A stretch of DNA of 37,403 bases from an uncultured cyanobacterium (GTDB lineage Bacteria; Cyanobacteriota; Cyanobacteriia; Cyanobacteriales; Microcystaceae). The DNA lies in NCBI GenBank assembly GCA_963807635.1, contig CAWEDJ010000006.1, positions 1 through 37,403 on the forward strand, given 5' to 3'. The position numbers and the translations under genes were made by a program. Within the stretch, counting starts at the first letter, position 1, and every line of letters begins with the position of its first letter. Shown piece by piece: positions 19,500 to 28,600 of the stretch. The notes below the pieces were generated by a model. The model searched no databases and was not told where the DNA came from. It worked only from the letters and a program-made list of their open reading frames with translations.

Positions 19500-19631
19500 A
19501 TGACTGTTACTTTAAATCCGCTAATTACGTTATTTGAACACTCACTGAAACGGCGATATGTGTCTTTACCAGATTGTTATCGCGGTTGGGAAGTGACCTT
19601 AAAACGGACTCTGCAAAATATGCGTGTGTAA
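19500..19631 (+). CDS. Putative 43-aa small protein (MTVTLNPLITLFEHSLKRRYVSLPDCYRGWEVTLKRTLQNMRV)
   Basis: ATG at 19500, TAA at 19629-19631, AGGAG Shine-Dalgarno at 19486-19490; too short to appear in the ORF track. Confidence 0.5.
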   Translation: MTVTLNPLITLFEHSLKRRYVSLPDCYRGWEVTLKRTLQNMRV

Positions 19632-19785
19632 TATGATGCGATTTTTCCCGATCGCCTACCGTTTAGCGAAAACATTGATCAATTATTAACGGAGGAATTT
19701 TGGAATTAAGATGCAACCGTAGGGGCAAATTGCGATCGCTCAAAAATCTAAACATTCCAATCGAAAACAAACCATCATTGATACC

Positions 19786-20685
19786 ATGCGCTATCACATC
19801 CATCACAAAACGAGTTATACCTACAATCAACCCGTATTCCTCAAACCCCATCTTGTTAGGCTCCGACCCCGCTCTAATAGTTGGCAAACCCTAGATAACT
19901 TTTTCATTAAAATCACGCCTCAACCCGTCGGTATTTCAGACATTAATGACTTAGACGGTAATAGCGTACAAAAAATTTGGTTTACTGCTCCCACAGAACA
20001 ATTCACCCTTGAAATCGATTCAGAGATTGAAACCCATATCGATAATCCTTTTAATTTTCTCCTAGAACCCTGGGCATTGAAGTTGCCGATGGACTATTCG
20101 ACCTCTTTATTTCATCAACTTCAACCCTATTTACGAACCTATAGTGCCATCCCCGATGCGATCGCCTTAGCTTTAGCCCAGGACATTCTTCACCAAGAAA
20201 AACAAGATGCTTTAGCCTTTCTCAATGCTTTAAATCAACATATTTATAAAAGCTGTAGTTATGTCGTGAGGGAAACGGGAGATCCCTGGGAAGCGGGCAT
20301 CACTTGGCGGAATAAAACAGGTTCCTGTCGGGATTTAACGGTTTTATTTATGGAAGCCTGTCGGGCAGTTGGATTAGCCACTCGATTTGTCAGTGGTTAT
20401 CAAGAAGGGGATCTTTCAACCGATGATTGGGAATTGCACGCCTGGGCAGAAGTCTATTTACCTGGCGGTGGTTGGCGCGGTTACGATCCGACTCATGGAT
20501 TAGTGGTCAGCGATCGGCATATTGCCCTGGTTGCCAGTGCAAACCCCCTCTATACGGCTCCTGTGGTGGGAGAAGTTATGCCAGTCAGTCCATTTATTAC
20601 AACAGGAAAAGCGGTGCAATCAGCAATGCAGACTCAAGTTTTGGTTCGTTTACAAAATTCAGGAATGTCCATGTCCCAATCTTAA
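19786..20685 (+). CDS. Transglutaminase-like family protein (bacterial N-terminal domain + catalytic core)
   Basis: YHIHHKTSYTY...RLRPR N-terminus; Cys-His-Asp triad in GSCRDL, LHAWAEVY, GYDPT. Confidence 0.92.
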   Translation: MRYHIHHKTSYTYNQPVFLKPHLVRLRPRSNSWQTLDNFFIKITPQPVGISDINDLDGNSVQKIWFTAPTEQFTLEIDSEIETHIDNPFNFLLEPWALKLPMDYSTSLFHQLQPYLRTYSAIPDAIALALAQDILHQEKQDALAFLNALNQHIYKSCSYVVRETGDPWEAGITWRNKTGSCRDLTVLFMEACRAVGLATRFVSGYQEGDLSTDDWELHAWAEVYLPGGGWRGYDPTHGLVVSDRHIALVASANPLYTAPVVGEVMPVSPFITTGKAVQSAMQTQVLVRLQNSGMSMSQS

Positions 20686-20771
20686 AAAAACCTTGAAATT
20701 AACTTAAAAGTCACCCAAATGGGTGAAGTAAATAGGGATTTAAAATGGGATTGTAAGAACAGATAGAAGAA

Positions 20772-20851
20772 ATCGTTCATCTCTTCACACGATAGAAAGT
20801 AGTTCGCAAGAGACGGAAGTAAGGACAATAATTTTACCTGAAGGAACGCGC
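20772..20851 (+). promoter_or_regulatory. Glutamine riboswitch (glnA RNA motif, glutamine-I class)
   Basis: ATCGTTCA-TCTCTT...AAGAGA-CGGAAGTA-AGG...CCT-GAAGGAACGCGC: P1 CGTTC/GAACG, P2 TCTCTT/AAGAGA, E-loop AGTA/GAA and P3 AGG/CCT; ends about 31 nt before an ATG with an AGGAG RBS. Confidence 0.88.
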
Positions 20852-20882
20852 TACAAATCCCATTCAAACAGGAGAATTTTTA

Positions 20883-21308
20883 ATGATTCGTAAGACTTTT
20901 TTAACGTTAGCGGTTGTATTTTTTGCGGTTTTAACGCTGGTGACAATGCCCGTAAATGCAGGTGAATTTTCTACCCAAGGAACGGAACAACAATCTAGTC
21001 AATATACTCAAGAAGGTCAAGGGTTTCATCCATCCGATGCGGTTCAATATGCTCAGATAAGCTGGCCTTTCCAAAAAGACCAAAATCAAGGAGAACAGAC
21101 TCAACAGCAATCACAAGAGCCTCAAAATAATAATCAATCCCAAAGCCAAGGGGAACAAACTCAGCAGTATGCTCAGAAGCAACAACCCCAAAATAGTAAT
21201 CAGGGAACTCAGAGCCAACAGGAGCAATCGGAGCAACAACAACAGTCGCCTAACCAAAATGATTCCCAGAGCAATCAAGTAAACCAAGAAGCTCAGAAAG
21301 CGTCTTAA
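20883..21308 (+). CDS. Secreted Gln-rich low-complexity protein of unknown function
   Basis: AGGAG RBS at 20870-20874; Sec-type signal peptide ending VNA; about 41 Gln in about 115 mature residues; repeated QGEQTQQ. Confidence 0.8.
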   Translation: MIRKTFLTLAVVFFAVLTLVTMPVNAGEFSTQGTEQQSSQYTQEGQGFHPSDAVQYAQISWPFQKDQNQGEQTQQQSQEPQNNNQSQSQGEQTQQYAQKQQPQNSNQGTQSQQEQSEQQQQSPNQNDSQSNQVNQEAQKAS

Positions 21309-21347
21309 TCATGTTTTTAGAACGAGTTTAGACTCAATCCTATAACG

Positions 21348-21390
21348 AAAAAACGTGGCCTTTTAATCCATCAAAGGAGCCACGTTTTTT
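21348..21390. terminator. Bidirectional intrinsic terminator
   Basis: AAAAAACGTGGC...GCCACGTTTTTT inverted repeat between two convergent genes. Confidence 0.8.
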
Positions 21391-21434
21391 GATAAGTAAT
21401 TCAATTCCAACTTAAAGTTACTTCTGGAATTCGA

Positions 21435-22868
21435 TTAACCAAAGCGGATCGTCATAAAGATAATACGAGCAACAAAAACTCCTGCTAAAATCCAAGTAAC
21501 GACAGGCACTTCATGGGCTTTACCTTGCATCGATTTGATGATGGGGTAGGTAATCATCCCAACAGATAAACCTGCCGCGATCGAGTAAGTCAGAGGAATG
21601 AGAAAGATGGTTAAAAAAGCAGGAATAGCTTCTCCCATATCGCCCCAACGGATACCCGTTACACTGCCCGTCATTAAAACCCCCGTAATCACCAAGGCAG
21701 GGGTGGTAGCAAAAGCAGGAATGGCTTCAAAAATAGGAATGAAAAACATTGCGAGCAGAAATAAGATACCTGCAACGAGCGCGGTAAATCCACTACGTCC
21801 GCCTTCTGCAATTCCAGATGCTGATTCAACAGCCGTTACTACAGTAGAAGATCCCATGATTGCCCCTGCCGTTGTTGCGATCGCGTCAGACATTAAGACT
21901 TCATTAGCACGGGGAATTTGTCCTTCTTCATCCAGATACCCTGCTTGAGAAGCTAGTCCAGAAAGTGTTCCAATAGTGTCAAAAATATCCACAAACAGGA
22001 ACACCAGCAAGACAGCTAGAAAATCGACCCAATTGCTGGCATTTATGCCACTAACCCCTTTAATTGCTTCTCCAAATAGATGAACCGGTAGGGGAGGTAT
22101 TTGAACTATCCCTTTTGGCCAAGCGGCTGCACCCACAATCCAACCCAAAAAGGCTGTGGCCATAATGCCCCAGAGTAAAGCCCCTTTAATACGTCTCACA
22201 ATAAATGCGGAGGCAATTAAAATCCCTAGAAAAGCCATAACAGTTGGCCATTGACGGAAACTCCCAAAAGCGGTTTTAGTGGCAGGATTGGCCACAATCA
22301 ATCCAGCTCCCCCAAATTTGGGATCACCCGCTAAACCAATATAGGCAATAAATAGACCAATCCCCGCAGTTGTGGCAATTTTAATTGAAGAAGGAATCGC
22401 GACAATGAGATGGCGACGGATATCGGTAACTGTCATGGCAATGAAAATTAATCCTTCCACAAAAACAGCCGCCAAGGCCAACCGCCAGCTAAATCCTAAA
22501 CCAATGACAACAGAGTAGGCAAAATAAGCATTCAATCCCATTCCAGGCATCGTCACAAAAGGATATTTCGCATACAATGCCATGATTAAAGTTCCAACGG
22601 CAGCAGATACCGATGTAGCAATAACCAACTCTGGAAATAAATCTTTGGGTTGCTCTAGAAAAATGGCATCAGACAGAATAATCGGATTTACGACCAGGAT
22701 GTAAGCCATAGTCATAAAAGTCGTAATTCCAGCCACTATCTCCGTGCGAAAGTTGGTTTTATAGAACTCAAATTCAAAGTAGTTAGCTATCTTCGCTTGC
22801 CAGCCCGAATAAGGCGGCGGTGGAGATTGCCCAGATTCAACAAGTTCTAAATTAATGTCATTACTCAT
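21435..22868 (-). CDS. NCS2/AzgA-family guanine/hypoxanthine permease
   Basis: EIVAGITTFMTMAYILVVNP, PGMGLNAYF, DIFDTIGTL, ESASGIAEGGRSG, PLTYSIAAG. Confidence 0.92.
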   Translation of the reverse strand: MSNDINLELVESGQSPPPPYSGWQAKIANYFEFEFYKTNFRTEIVAGITTFMTMAYILVVNPIILSDAIFLEQPKDLFPELVIATSVSAAVGTLIMALYAKYPFVTMPGMGLNAYFAYSVVIGLGFSWRLALAAVFVEGLIFIAMTVTDIRRHLIVAIPSSIKIATTAGIGLFIAYIGLAGDPKFGGAGLIVANPATKTAFGSFRQWPTVMAFLGILIASAFIVRRIKGALLWGIMATAFLGWIVGAAAWPKGIVQIPPLPVHLFGEAIKGVSGINASNWVDFLAVLLVFLFVDIFDTIGTLSGLASQAGYLDEEGQIPRANEVLMSDAIATTAGAIMGSSTVVTAVESASGIAEGGRSGFTALVAGILFLLAMFFIPIFEAIPAFATTPALVITGVLMTGSVTGIRWGDMGEAIPAFLTIFLIPLTYSIAAGLSVGMITYPIIKSMQGKAHEVPVVTWILAGVFVARIIFMTIRFG

Positions 22869-22923
22869 TTACTGTAGCTCCATAATAATTCCCGTCAATA
22901 AAATCATTTCTAACAGACAGCCT

Positions 22924-22966
22924 ATACTAATCCGTTGAGATAGGAGGTTTTGTAGTTTTAGGTACA
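22924..22966 (-). promoter_or_regulatory. NtcA-activated (class II) promoter of the purine permease
   Basis: Perfect TGTA-N8-TACA at 22951-22966; minus-strand -10 TAGTAT (22924-22929) exactly 22 bp from the GTA-N8-TAC core. Confidence 0.8.
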
Positions 22967-23245
22967 AATTAACGAGTCTCCATCTGGTAAATTTTCACAA
23001 GTGTTATAAGTTTTGCTTTTTGATTTAAAGTCTTTTTAATGCAATTAATGTTTAGCGTTAAGTCTATTCTTCTAAGCGGTATTACCCATTTTTTATCTCA
23101 ATACCGTCAATTCGTCTAATTGTTTTTGCATTAATTGAAAGCGATCGCAGTCAAAAGATTTGATCGTTTTTTCAGCTTAAGTTAACCCTTAGATCACATA
23201 CAAGCTTAAGCTTTTTTTCGTAAAATATTACCATTCTAATCTCTA

Positions 23246-24562
23246 ATGCTTAAAGTAATTCGTAGTTCCTTCTTAGATTTTATTGATGATCCTTTTTACA
23301 CCTCAGAAGAAAAGAGTGTTCGTTACCTAGAAGACGGATTATTAGTCCTTGAAAATGGAAAAATTAAAGATTTTGGAACCTACGAACAACTCCATGAAAA
23401 ATATGCGGTTATAGATGCGATCGCCTATCCCGACAAACTCATCATGCCAGGGTTCATTGATACCCATATTCACTATCCCCAAACCGCAATGGTGGCAGCC
23501 TACGGAGAGCAATTATTGGAATGGTTGAGTAAATATACTTTTCCCACCGAAGCAAAATTTAAAGATAAAAATTACGCTCAGGAAATTGCCACCGTCTTTT
23601 TAGATGAACTGCTCAAAAATGGAACCACGACAGCTTTAGTTTTTGCCGCCGTTTTTCCTGAATCCGTCGATGCCTTTTTTGAAGAAGCCGAACGTCGCAA
23701 CCTGCGAATGATTGCGGGGAAAGTGATGATGAACCGCAATGCCCCTGATTTTCTGCTGGATACCGCCCAATCTTCCTATGACGAAACTAAAGCTTTGATT
23801 GAAAAATGGCATCAGAAAGGACGCTTACTCTACGCCGTAACGCCCCGTTTTGCCATCACCTCTACCGATGAGCAATTGGAGCTCGCGGGTAAACTGTTAT
23901 CAGAATTTCCTGACGTTTATTTGCATACCCATTTGTCAGAAAATGTTAACGAAGTCCAGTTTATCGCCGAACTTTTCCCCAACAGTAAAGGCTATCTAGA
24001 TGTCTATGACCAAGCAGGTTTAGTCAAAGAAAAATCCATCTTTGCTCATGGAGTTCAACTCACCGATCAAGAATTTAAACGCTTATCAGAAACCAAGTCT
24101 GCCATTTCTTTTTGTCCCACTTCTAATTTGTTTTTAGGTAGTGGTTTATTCAAACTCCATCAGGCCAAATCTATCGAAACTCCTGTGAAAGTCGGCTTAG
24201 GAACGGATATTGGGGCAGGAACTAGTTTTTCCTTATTACAAACTGCCAATGAAGCCTATAAAGTCGTACAATTACAAGGTGAAAAATTATCTTCCTTCAA
24301 AGCGTTATTTTTAGCGACTTTAGGAGGGGCAAGGGCATTGTCTTTAGAAGATAAATTAGGAAATTTTGAGATCGGAAAAGAAGCTGATTTTATCGTACTC
24401 GATCCCAAGGCAACCCCTGCAATGGCATTACGGAATGCAGACTTCCCTGTAAAAACCCTAGAAGACATAGCAGATAAAGCTTTTGCGATCATGATTATGG
24501 GAGACGATCGCACCATCGAAGCCACTTATATTATGGGAGAAATTGCCTATCAATCTGTTTAG
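23246..24562 (+). CDS. guaD: Guanine deaminase
   Basis: PGFIDTHIHYPQ, GEQLLEWLSKYTFPTE, AVTPRFA, HTHLSEN, GLGTDIGAGTS. Confidence 0.95.
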   Translation: MLKVIRSSFLDFIDDPFYTSEEKSVRYLEDGLLVLENGKIKDFGTYEQLHEKYAVIDAIAYPDKLIMPGFIDTHIHYPQTAMVAAYGEQLLEWLSKYTFPTEAKFKDKNYAQEIATVFLDELLKNGTTTALVFAAVFPESVDAFFEEAERRNLRMIAGKVMMNRNAPDFLLDTAQSSYDETKALIEKWHQKGRLLYAVTPRFAITSTDEQLELAGKLLSEFPDVYLHTHLSENVNEVQFIAELFPNSKGYLDVYDQAGLVKEKSIFAHGVQLTDQEFKRLSETKSAISFCPTSNLFLGSGLFKLHQAKSIETPVKVGLGTDIGAGTSFSLLQTANEAYKVVQLQGEKLSSFKALFLATLGGARALSLEDKLGNFEIGKEADFIVLDPKATPAMALRNADFPVKTLEDIADKAFAIMIMGDDRTIEATYIMGEIAYQSV

Positions 24563-24766
24563 ATCTGTTGTTTTAACCAAGCTAAATTATCTAATCAATT
24601 TCAATCACTTTTTGAAATATTTGAGTCGCAAAAAAACTTATCTGGAATGTTTTTCGATTTAAATAAAATTTAGAGAAAGATCAACTTATTCCTTGACAAA
24701 ACTTCAGTCGTTGAATTTTTAACTAATCCAATCATTGATTTCAATGGTCGTACAATTATGGGGCGT

Positions 24767-24868
24767 TAAGCTGTTGTCCATTTAGATTGTATAGCGATTT
24801 TTCTGAAAGCTCTGTAACAAGGGGCTTAAACCCCTTGCCTTTATGCAATTTAGATGATTAACAGCTTA
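24767..24868. mobile_element. MITE-like small dispersed repeat with an internal REP-like hairpin
   Basis: Imperfect 27-bp terminal inverted repeats (TAAGCTGTTgtcCATTTAGATTGTATA; right end reads TAAGCTGTTaatCATCTAAATTGCATA on the minus strand); internal CAAGGGG-cttaaa-CCCCTTG at 24818-24837. Confidence 0.7.
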
Positions 24869-25001
24869 GAATTTAGCACCTATTTCGACACTTTATATTG
24901 GGTAATTCATTCATAAAATGTAGTTTAAAAAACAAATTCCCCTTAAAAATAATGATATTTGTATCGAAATCTTGTTTTGTTAATTTATCGGGTGTGAGAC
25001 A

Positions 25002-26859
25002 GTGAACAATTTTTCTAATTTTGTATTGCGAAAACTAGTATTACGGCGATTTTCCTTGGGATTGATGGCCGCCTCTGTGGGAATGTTTTGGGCAGTAGAG
25101 AATGCTTCTCGTACTGCCCAGGCTCAATCTTTATCGGGAGATATTCCCAAGGTCTCGGAGTTGGCAAACCCTGCCTCAACCGACCTGTCTGACATAAAAT
25201 CCTTCAAAAGTAATCAGCCCCAACGTTATCAACTCAACTCCAAATCTACCTCTACCTCGGATTCTCTTTCCCAGGTCACGTCTGTTTCGGAATTACGAGA
25301 TGTGCAACCCACTGAGTGGGCCTATGAGGCGTTGAAAAGCTTAGTTGAACGTTATGGTTGTATCGTTGGCTATCCCGATCGCACCTTTCGGGGGAATCGC
25401 GCTCTCAGTCGTTGGGAATTTGCCGCAGGTTTGAATGCCTGTATGAACGTCATGGAACGTTTACTCCAGGAAAATGTGACCGTCTTGAGAGAAGATATCG
25501 ATAAGCTCAAGACCCTAGCCCAGCAATTTGAACAGGAATTAGCCCAACTCGGTGCAAGAGTCGATAATCTAGAAACTCGTACCGCTTATTTGGAAGATCA
25601 TCAATTCTCGACCACCACGAAACTATCAGGTCAAACCTTTATTTACCTGAGTGGGGCTGGAAGTGGCGGAAACATTCGGGCAGAAGGAGCCAATGTCTTT
25701 ACTCCCTTCAATCCAGCACGGAATCCTGATGACAACATTCCCATTTCCCGTGTCATCACAGACCAACCAGGGATAACGATGAGTTATTTAAGTTGGATTA
25801 ACTTTGAAACCTCCTTTACAGGGAAAGATAATTTAACCGTCCAATTGGTCCGTCGGTAACGGGGACGCTCCTGCGAACCAATTCCTCTCGGCAGGTTTTT
25901 ATAACTCAACGGGAACGCCTTTCCCCCTACAAACGGGTGCAGATACGGGAAATAAGGTCGTTATCCGAGACCTGTTTTATAGTTTCCCCGCCGCTGATAA
26001 TCTCCAGTTAGTGGTCGGGCCACGGATTAATCTCTATCGTTATTTTGATGGCAACCGTTTCACCTATTTCATCAATGGGCCAGAAAGCTTTAACAGTAGT
26101 GGTTCAACCCAGTTTGCGACCGTTGACCGAGGTTCGGGAGCCGTAGCAGATTGGAAAATTAACGATACGTTTCGTTTTACAGCCGCTTATGTCGGTGCCA
26201 GTAATGAATTTTTACCCCAAGACTTTTCAACCGCGAATGATCCTAAGTTTGGTTGGTTTGGTGGCTCCTGGACGGCGATCGCGCAATTGAGTATTGCCGC
26301 CACCGATAACCTCAATCTACGATTCCTCTATGCCCGTTCCCGCATGGAACCCGATCCCTTTAATGGTTTTGTCGGTGGTGCTATTGGCGAACCTCTACCC
26401 TATGGCTTTGCCGATGATGGCTTTGGGGGAACCTTACGCCATGCCTTTGCCGATACCTACCTCTTTAATATGGATTGGTTAGTCACCGAAGGCTTTGGAT
26501 TATTTGGGCGATATAGTTACGGCAGCACTAGTCTTACCCCGACCAATGCAGCCCGCTCAGGTGGTACCGTTAACTCCCAATCGGTACAGGTCGGTTTTGC
26601 CTTGCCTGACTTAGGGAAACAAGGGGCCCAAGCAAATGTTTCTTATCTAATCCCCATGTCTGTCACCAGTGGACGGGAATTCCTCGTTTCAGGTGGTGGA
26701 GATGGCGGTGTCCAGTCTGAGATCGAAGTGAATTATTATTACCCAATCAACAATAATATTTCCATCGTTCCATCTTTTTATCTGATCATGAAACCCAACA
26801 ACTTTACGAGTAATGGGCCCATTTATGTCGGAAATTTGCGGACTCAGTTCTCTTTCTAG
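25002..26859 (+). CDS. Cyanobacterial outer-membrane porin (SLH + OprB-type); frameshift near 25850
   Basis: SLH domain ELRDVQPTEWAYEALKSLVERYGC, FSTTTKLSG, C-terminal GNLRTQFSF; removing one C near 25850 joins ORFs 25002-25859 and 26011-26859. Confidence 0.9.
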
Positions 26860-26896
26860 GTGCTTTGTCTCATCACTAATCCATAAACTAAATGCT

Positions 26897-26930
26897 GTTA
26901 GGGGTTGAGCGATCGCCCCTAGCTTTTTTT
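26897..26930 (+). terminator. Intrinsic terminator after the second porin
   Basis: GTTAGGGG...CCCCTAGC stem followed by T7. Confidence 0.7.
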
Positions 26931-27038
26931 GAATTATTTTGTCCGAAACTCAAATCTAGCGAATGTTTTTAAGTTGCTTTCCTTGCCCATCTAAACTACC
27001 ATAACAGTCGTTAGAAAGTATTCTTATTAAGGGGTCTT

Positions 27039-28031
27039 ATGGGTAAGAAGTATCACGTTTATGGTGTGGGCAATGCTCTCGTTGACATGGAATTTGAAGT
27101 CACACCAGAACAGTTGCAAGAACTCAAAGTGGATAAAGGGGTCATGACCCTAGTAGATGAGGAACGACAAAATCATCTTGTTGCTGAACTTCAAGAACAT
27201 CTCTGCAAACAAAGCGGAGGAGGCTCTGCGGCGAATACAATGGTGGCGATTAGTCAATTGGGGGGAAAAGGTTTTTATTCTTGCAAAGTTGCTAATGATG
27301 AAGCAGGAACTTTTTATCTTAAGGATTTAGCCGCTTGTGGGCTAGAGACTAATCTCCACAGGGGCGATCGCGAACAAGGGATTACGGGAAAGTGTCTGGT
27401 TTTAGTGACCCCTGATGCCGATCGCACCATGAACACCTTTTTAGGCATCACAGGCAGTCTTTCGGAACAAGAATTAGTGCCAGAATTGATCCAAGAGTCT
27501 GAGTATGTTTATCTAGAGGGTTATTTGGTCACCTCTCCGACAGGAAAGGCCGCCGCGATCAAGGCTAGAAAAATTGCCGAAAGTGCGGGAGTCAAAACCA
27601 GCTTTTCCTTATCTGATCCCAACATGGCCAACTTTTTTAAAGACGGTTTATTAGAAATTATTGGCGATGGTTTGGATTTTATTTTTGCTAATGAAACAGA
27701 AGCCACCACGATGGCGGGCAATGATGACCTGAACTCCGCGATCGCCTACCTAAAAACCTTGAGCAAAGGATTTGCTATCACCAGGGGCGCAGAAGGTTCC
27801 TTGGTTTTTGATGGCGAAAACCTCCTCACCATTCCCACCACTCCCGTCAAGGCGATCGACACCGTTGGCGCAGGAGATATGTATGCAGGAGCCTTTCTCT
27901 ATGGCATCACCCAGGGCATGAGTTATGAACGAGCTGGAAAATTAGCTTCTATTAGTGCCGCCCGAATTGTGACTTGCTTTGGAGCGCGGCTAGAAACGGC
28001 TGAACTCCAAGCCCTAGTGAATCAAATTTAG
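27039..28031 (+). CDS. PfkB-family kinase (adenosine/nucleoside kinase-like)
   Basis: [43 protein letters not shown]fkB signature. Confidence 0.88.
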   Translation: MGKKYHVYGVGNALVDMEFEVTPEQLQELKVDKGVMTLVDEERQNHLVAELQEHLCKQSGGGSAANTMVAISQLGGKGFYSCKVANDEAGTFYLKDLAACGLETNLHRGDREQGITGKCLVLVTPDADRTMNTFLGITGSLSEQELVPELIQESEYVYLEGYLVTSPTGKAAAIKARKIAESAGVKTSFSLSDPNMANFFKDGLLEIIGDGLDFIFANETEATTMAGNDDLNSAIAYLKTLSKGFAITRGAEGSLVFDGENLLTIPTTPVKAIDTVGAGDMYAGAFLYGITQGMSYERAGKLASISAARIVTCFGARLETAELQALVNQI

Positions 28032-28086
28032 TTAATCGTCAAAAACGGTTTCTCTTAATCAATTGATACCTCGTGATTCCTCTATG

Positions 28087-28114
28087 CCCCTCTTTTTAAG
28101 GGGTGTTAGGGGGA
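28087..28114. repeat. Degenerate cyanobacterial REP-like repeat
   Basis: CCCCTCTTTTTAAGGGGTGTTAGGGGGA resembles the common CCCCCTTTTTAAGGGGGG...GGGGGATC intergenic repeat (recalled, not searched). Confidence 0.5.
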
Positions 28115-28600
28115 TTGGCGCAAAATATGAATAATTAACTTTTTCAAGTAAAACGCGATCGCGACTTTTTAGGATAATAGATTAAAAAATAATCGTTTCA
28201 TTTAGCATAATCTTGCACAACCTAACTCTTAAGTAAAAATTCTTATCACTCTACCTGTTTATAAGTTTTATTAACACTCAAACTCCAATAAGACTCAGTA
28301 TTTTTTCGGAGATTGGTAGAGAGACTTTCTCAAAAAAACTGGTTTCTACGGTGATTAACGACCACAATAATCCCTAGAATGACTCCTCAGAATAAAGATT
28401 AAAATTAATTTTAATAAAGAATTAAGATTTATGACAACCTCTCCATTAATTCCATTCCATTCTGGAAAATCATAGTAAAATCCGATACAGATAAACATAA
28501 ATTCCCTTGGTAAAAATATCCTTATCGTAGTACTCTAAGGCTTTTTGCAGAAAACACTTTCCTGCACCAAGCGTTCCCTTATCAGGATCAGCCGCATACT

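Noticed and set aside
24919..24934. NtcA-like site TGTA-N8-AACA upstream of the second porin
   Set aside because: One core mismatch in an AT-rich tract and no TAN3T -10 at the expected spacing.
28130..28600. Long intergenic region upstream of the pentapeptide gene with imperfect palindromes
   Set aside because: No convincing ORF, RNA structure or motif that I can assign.
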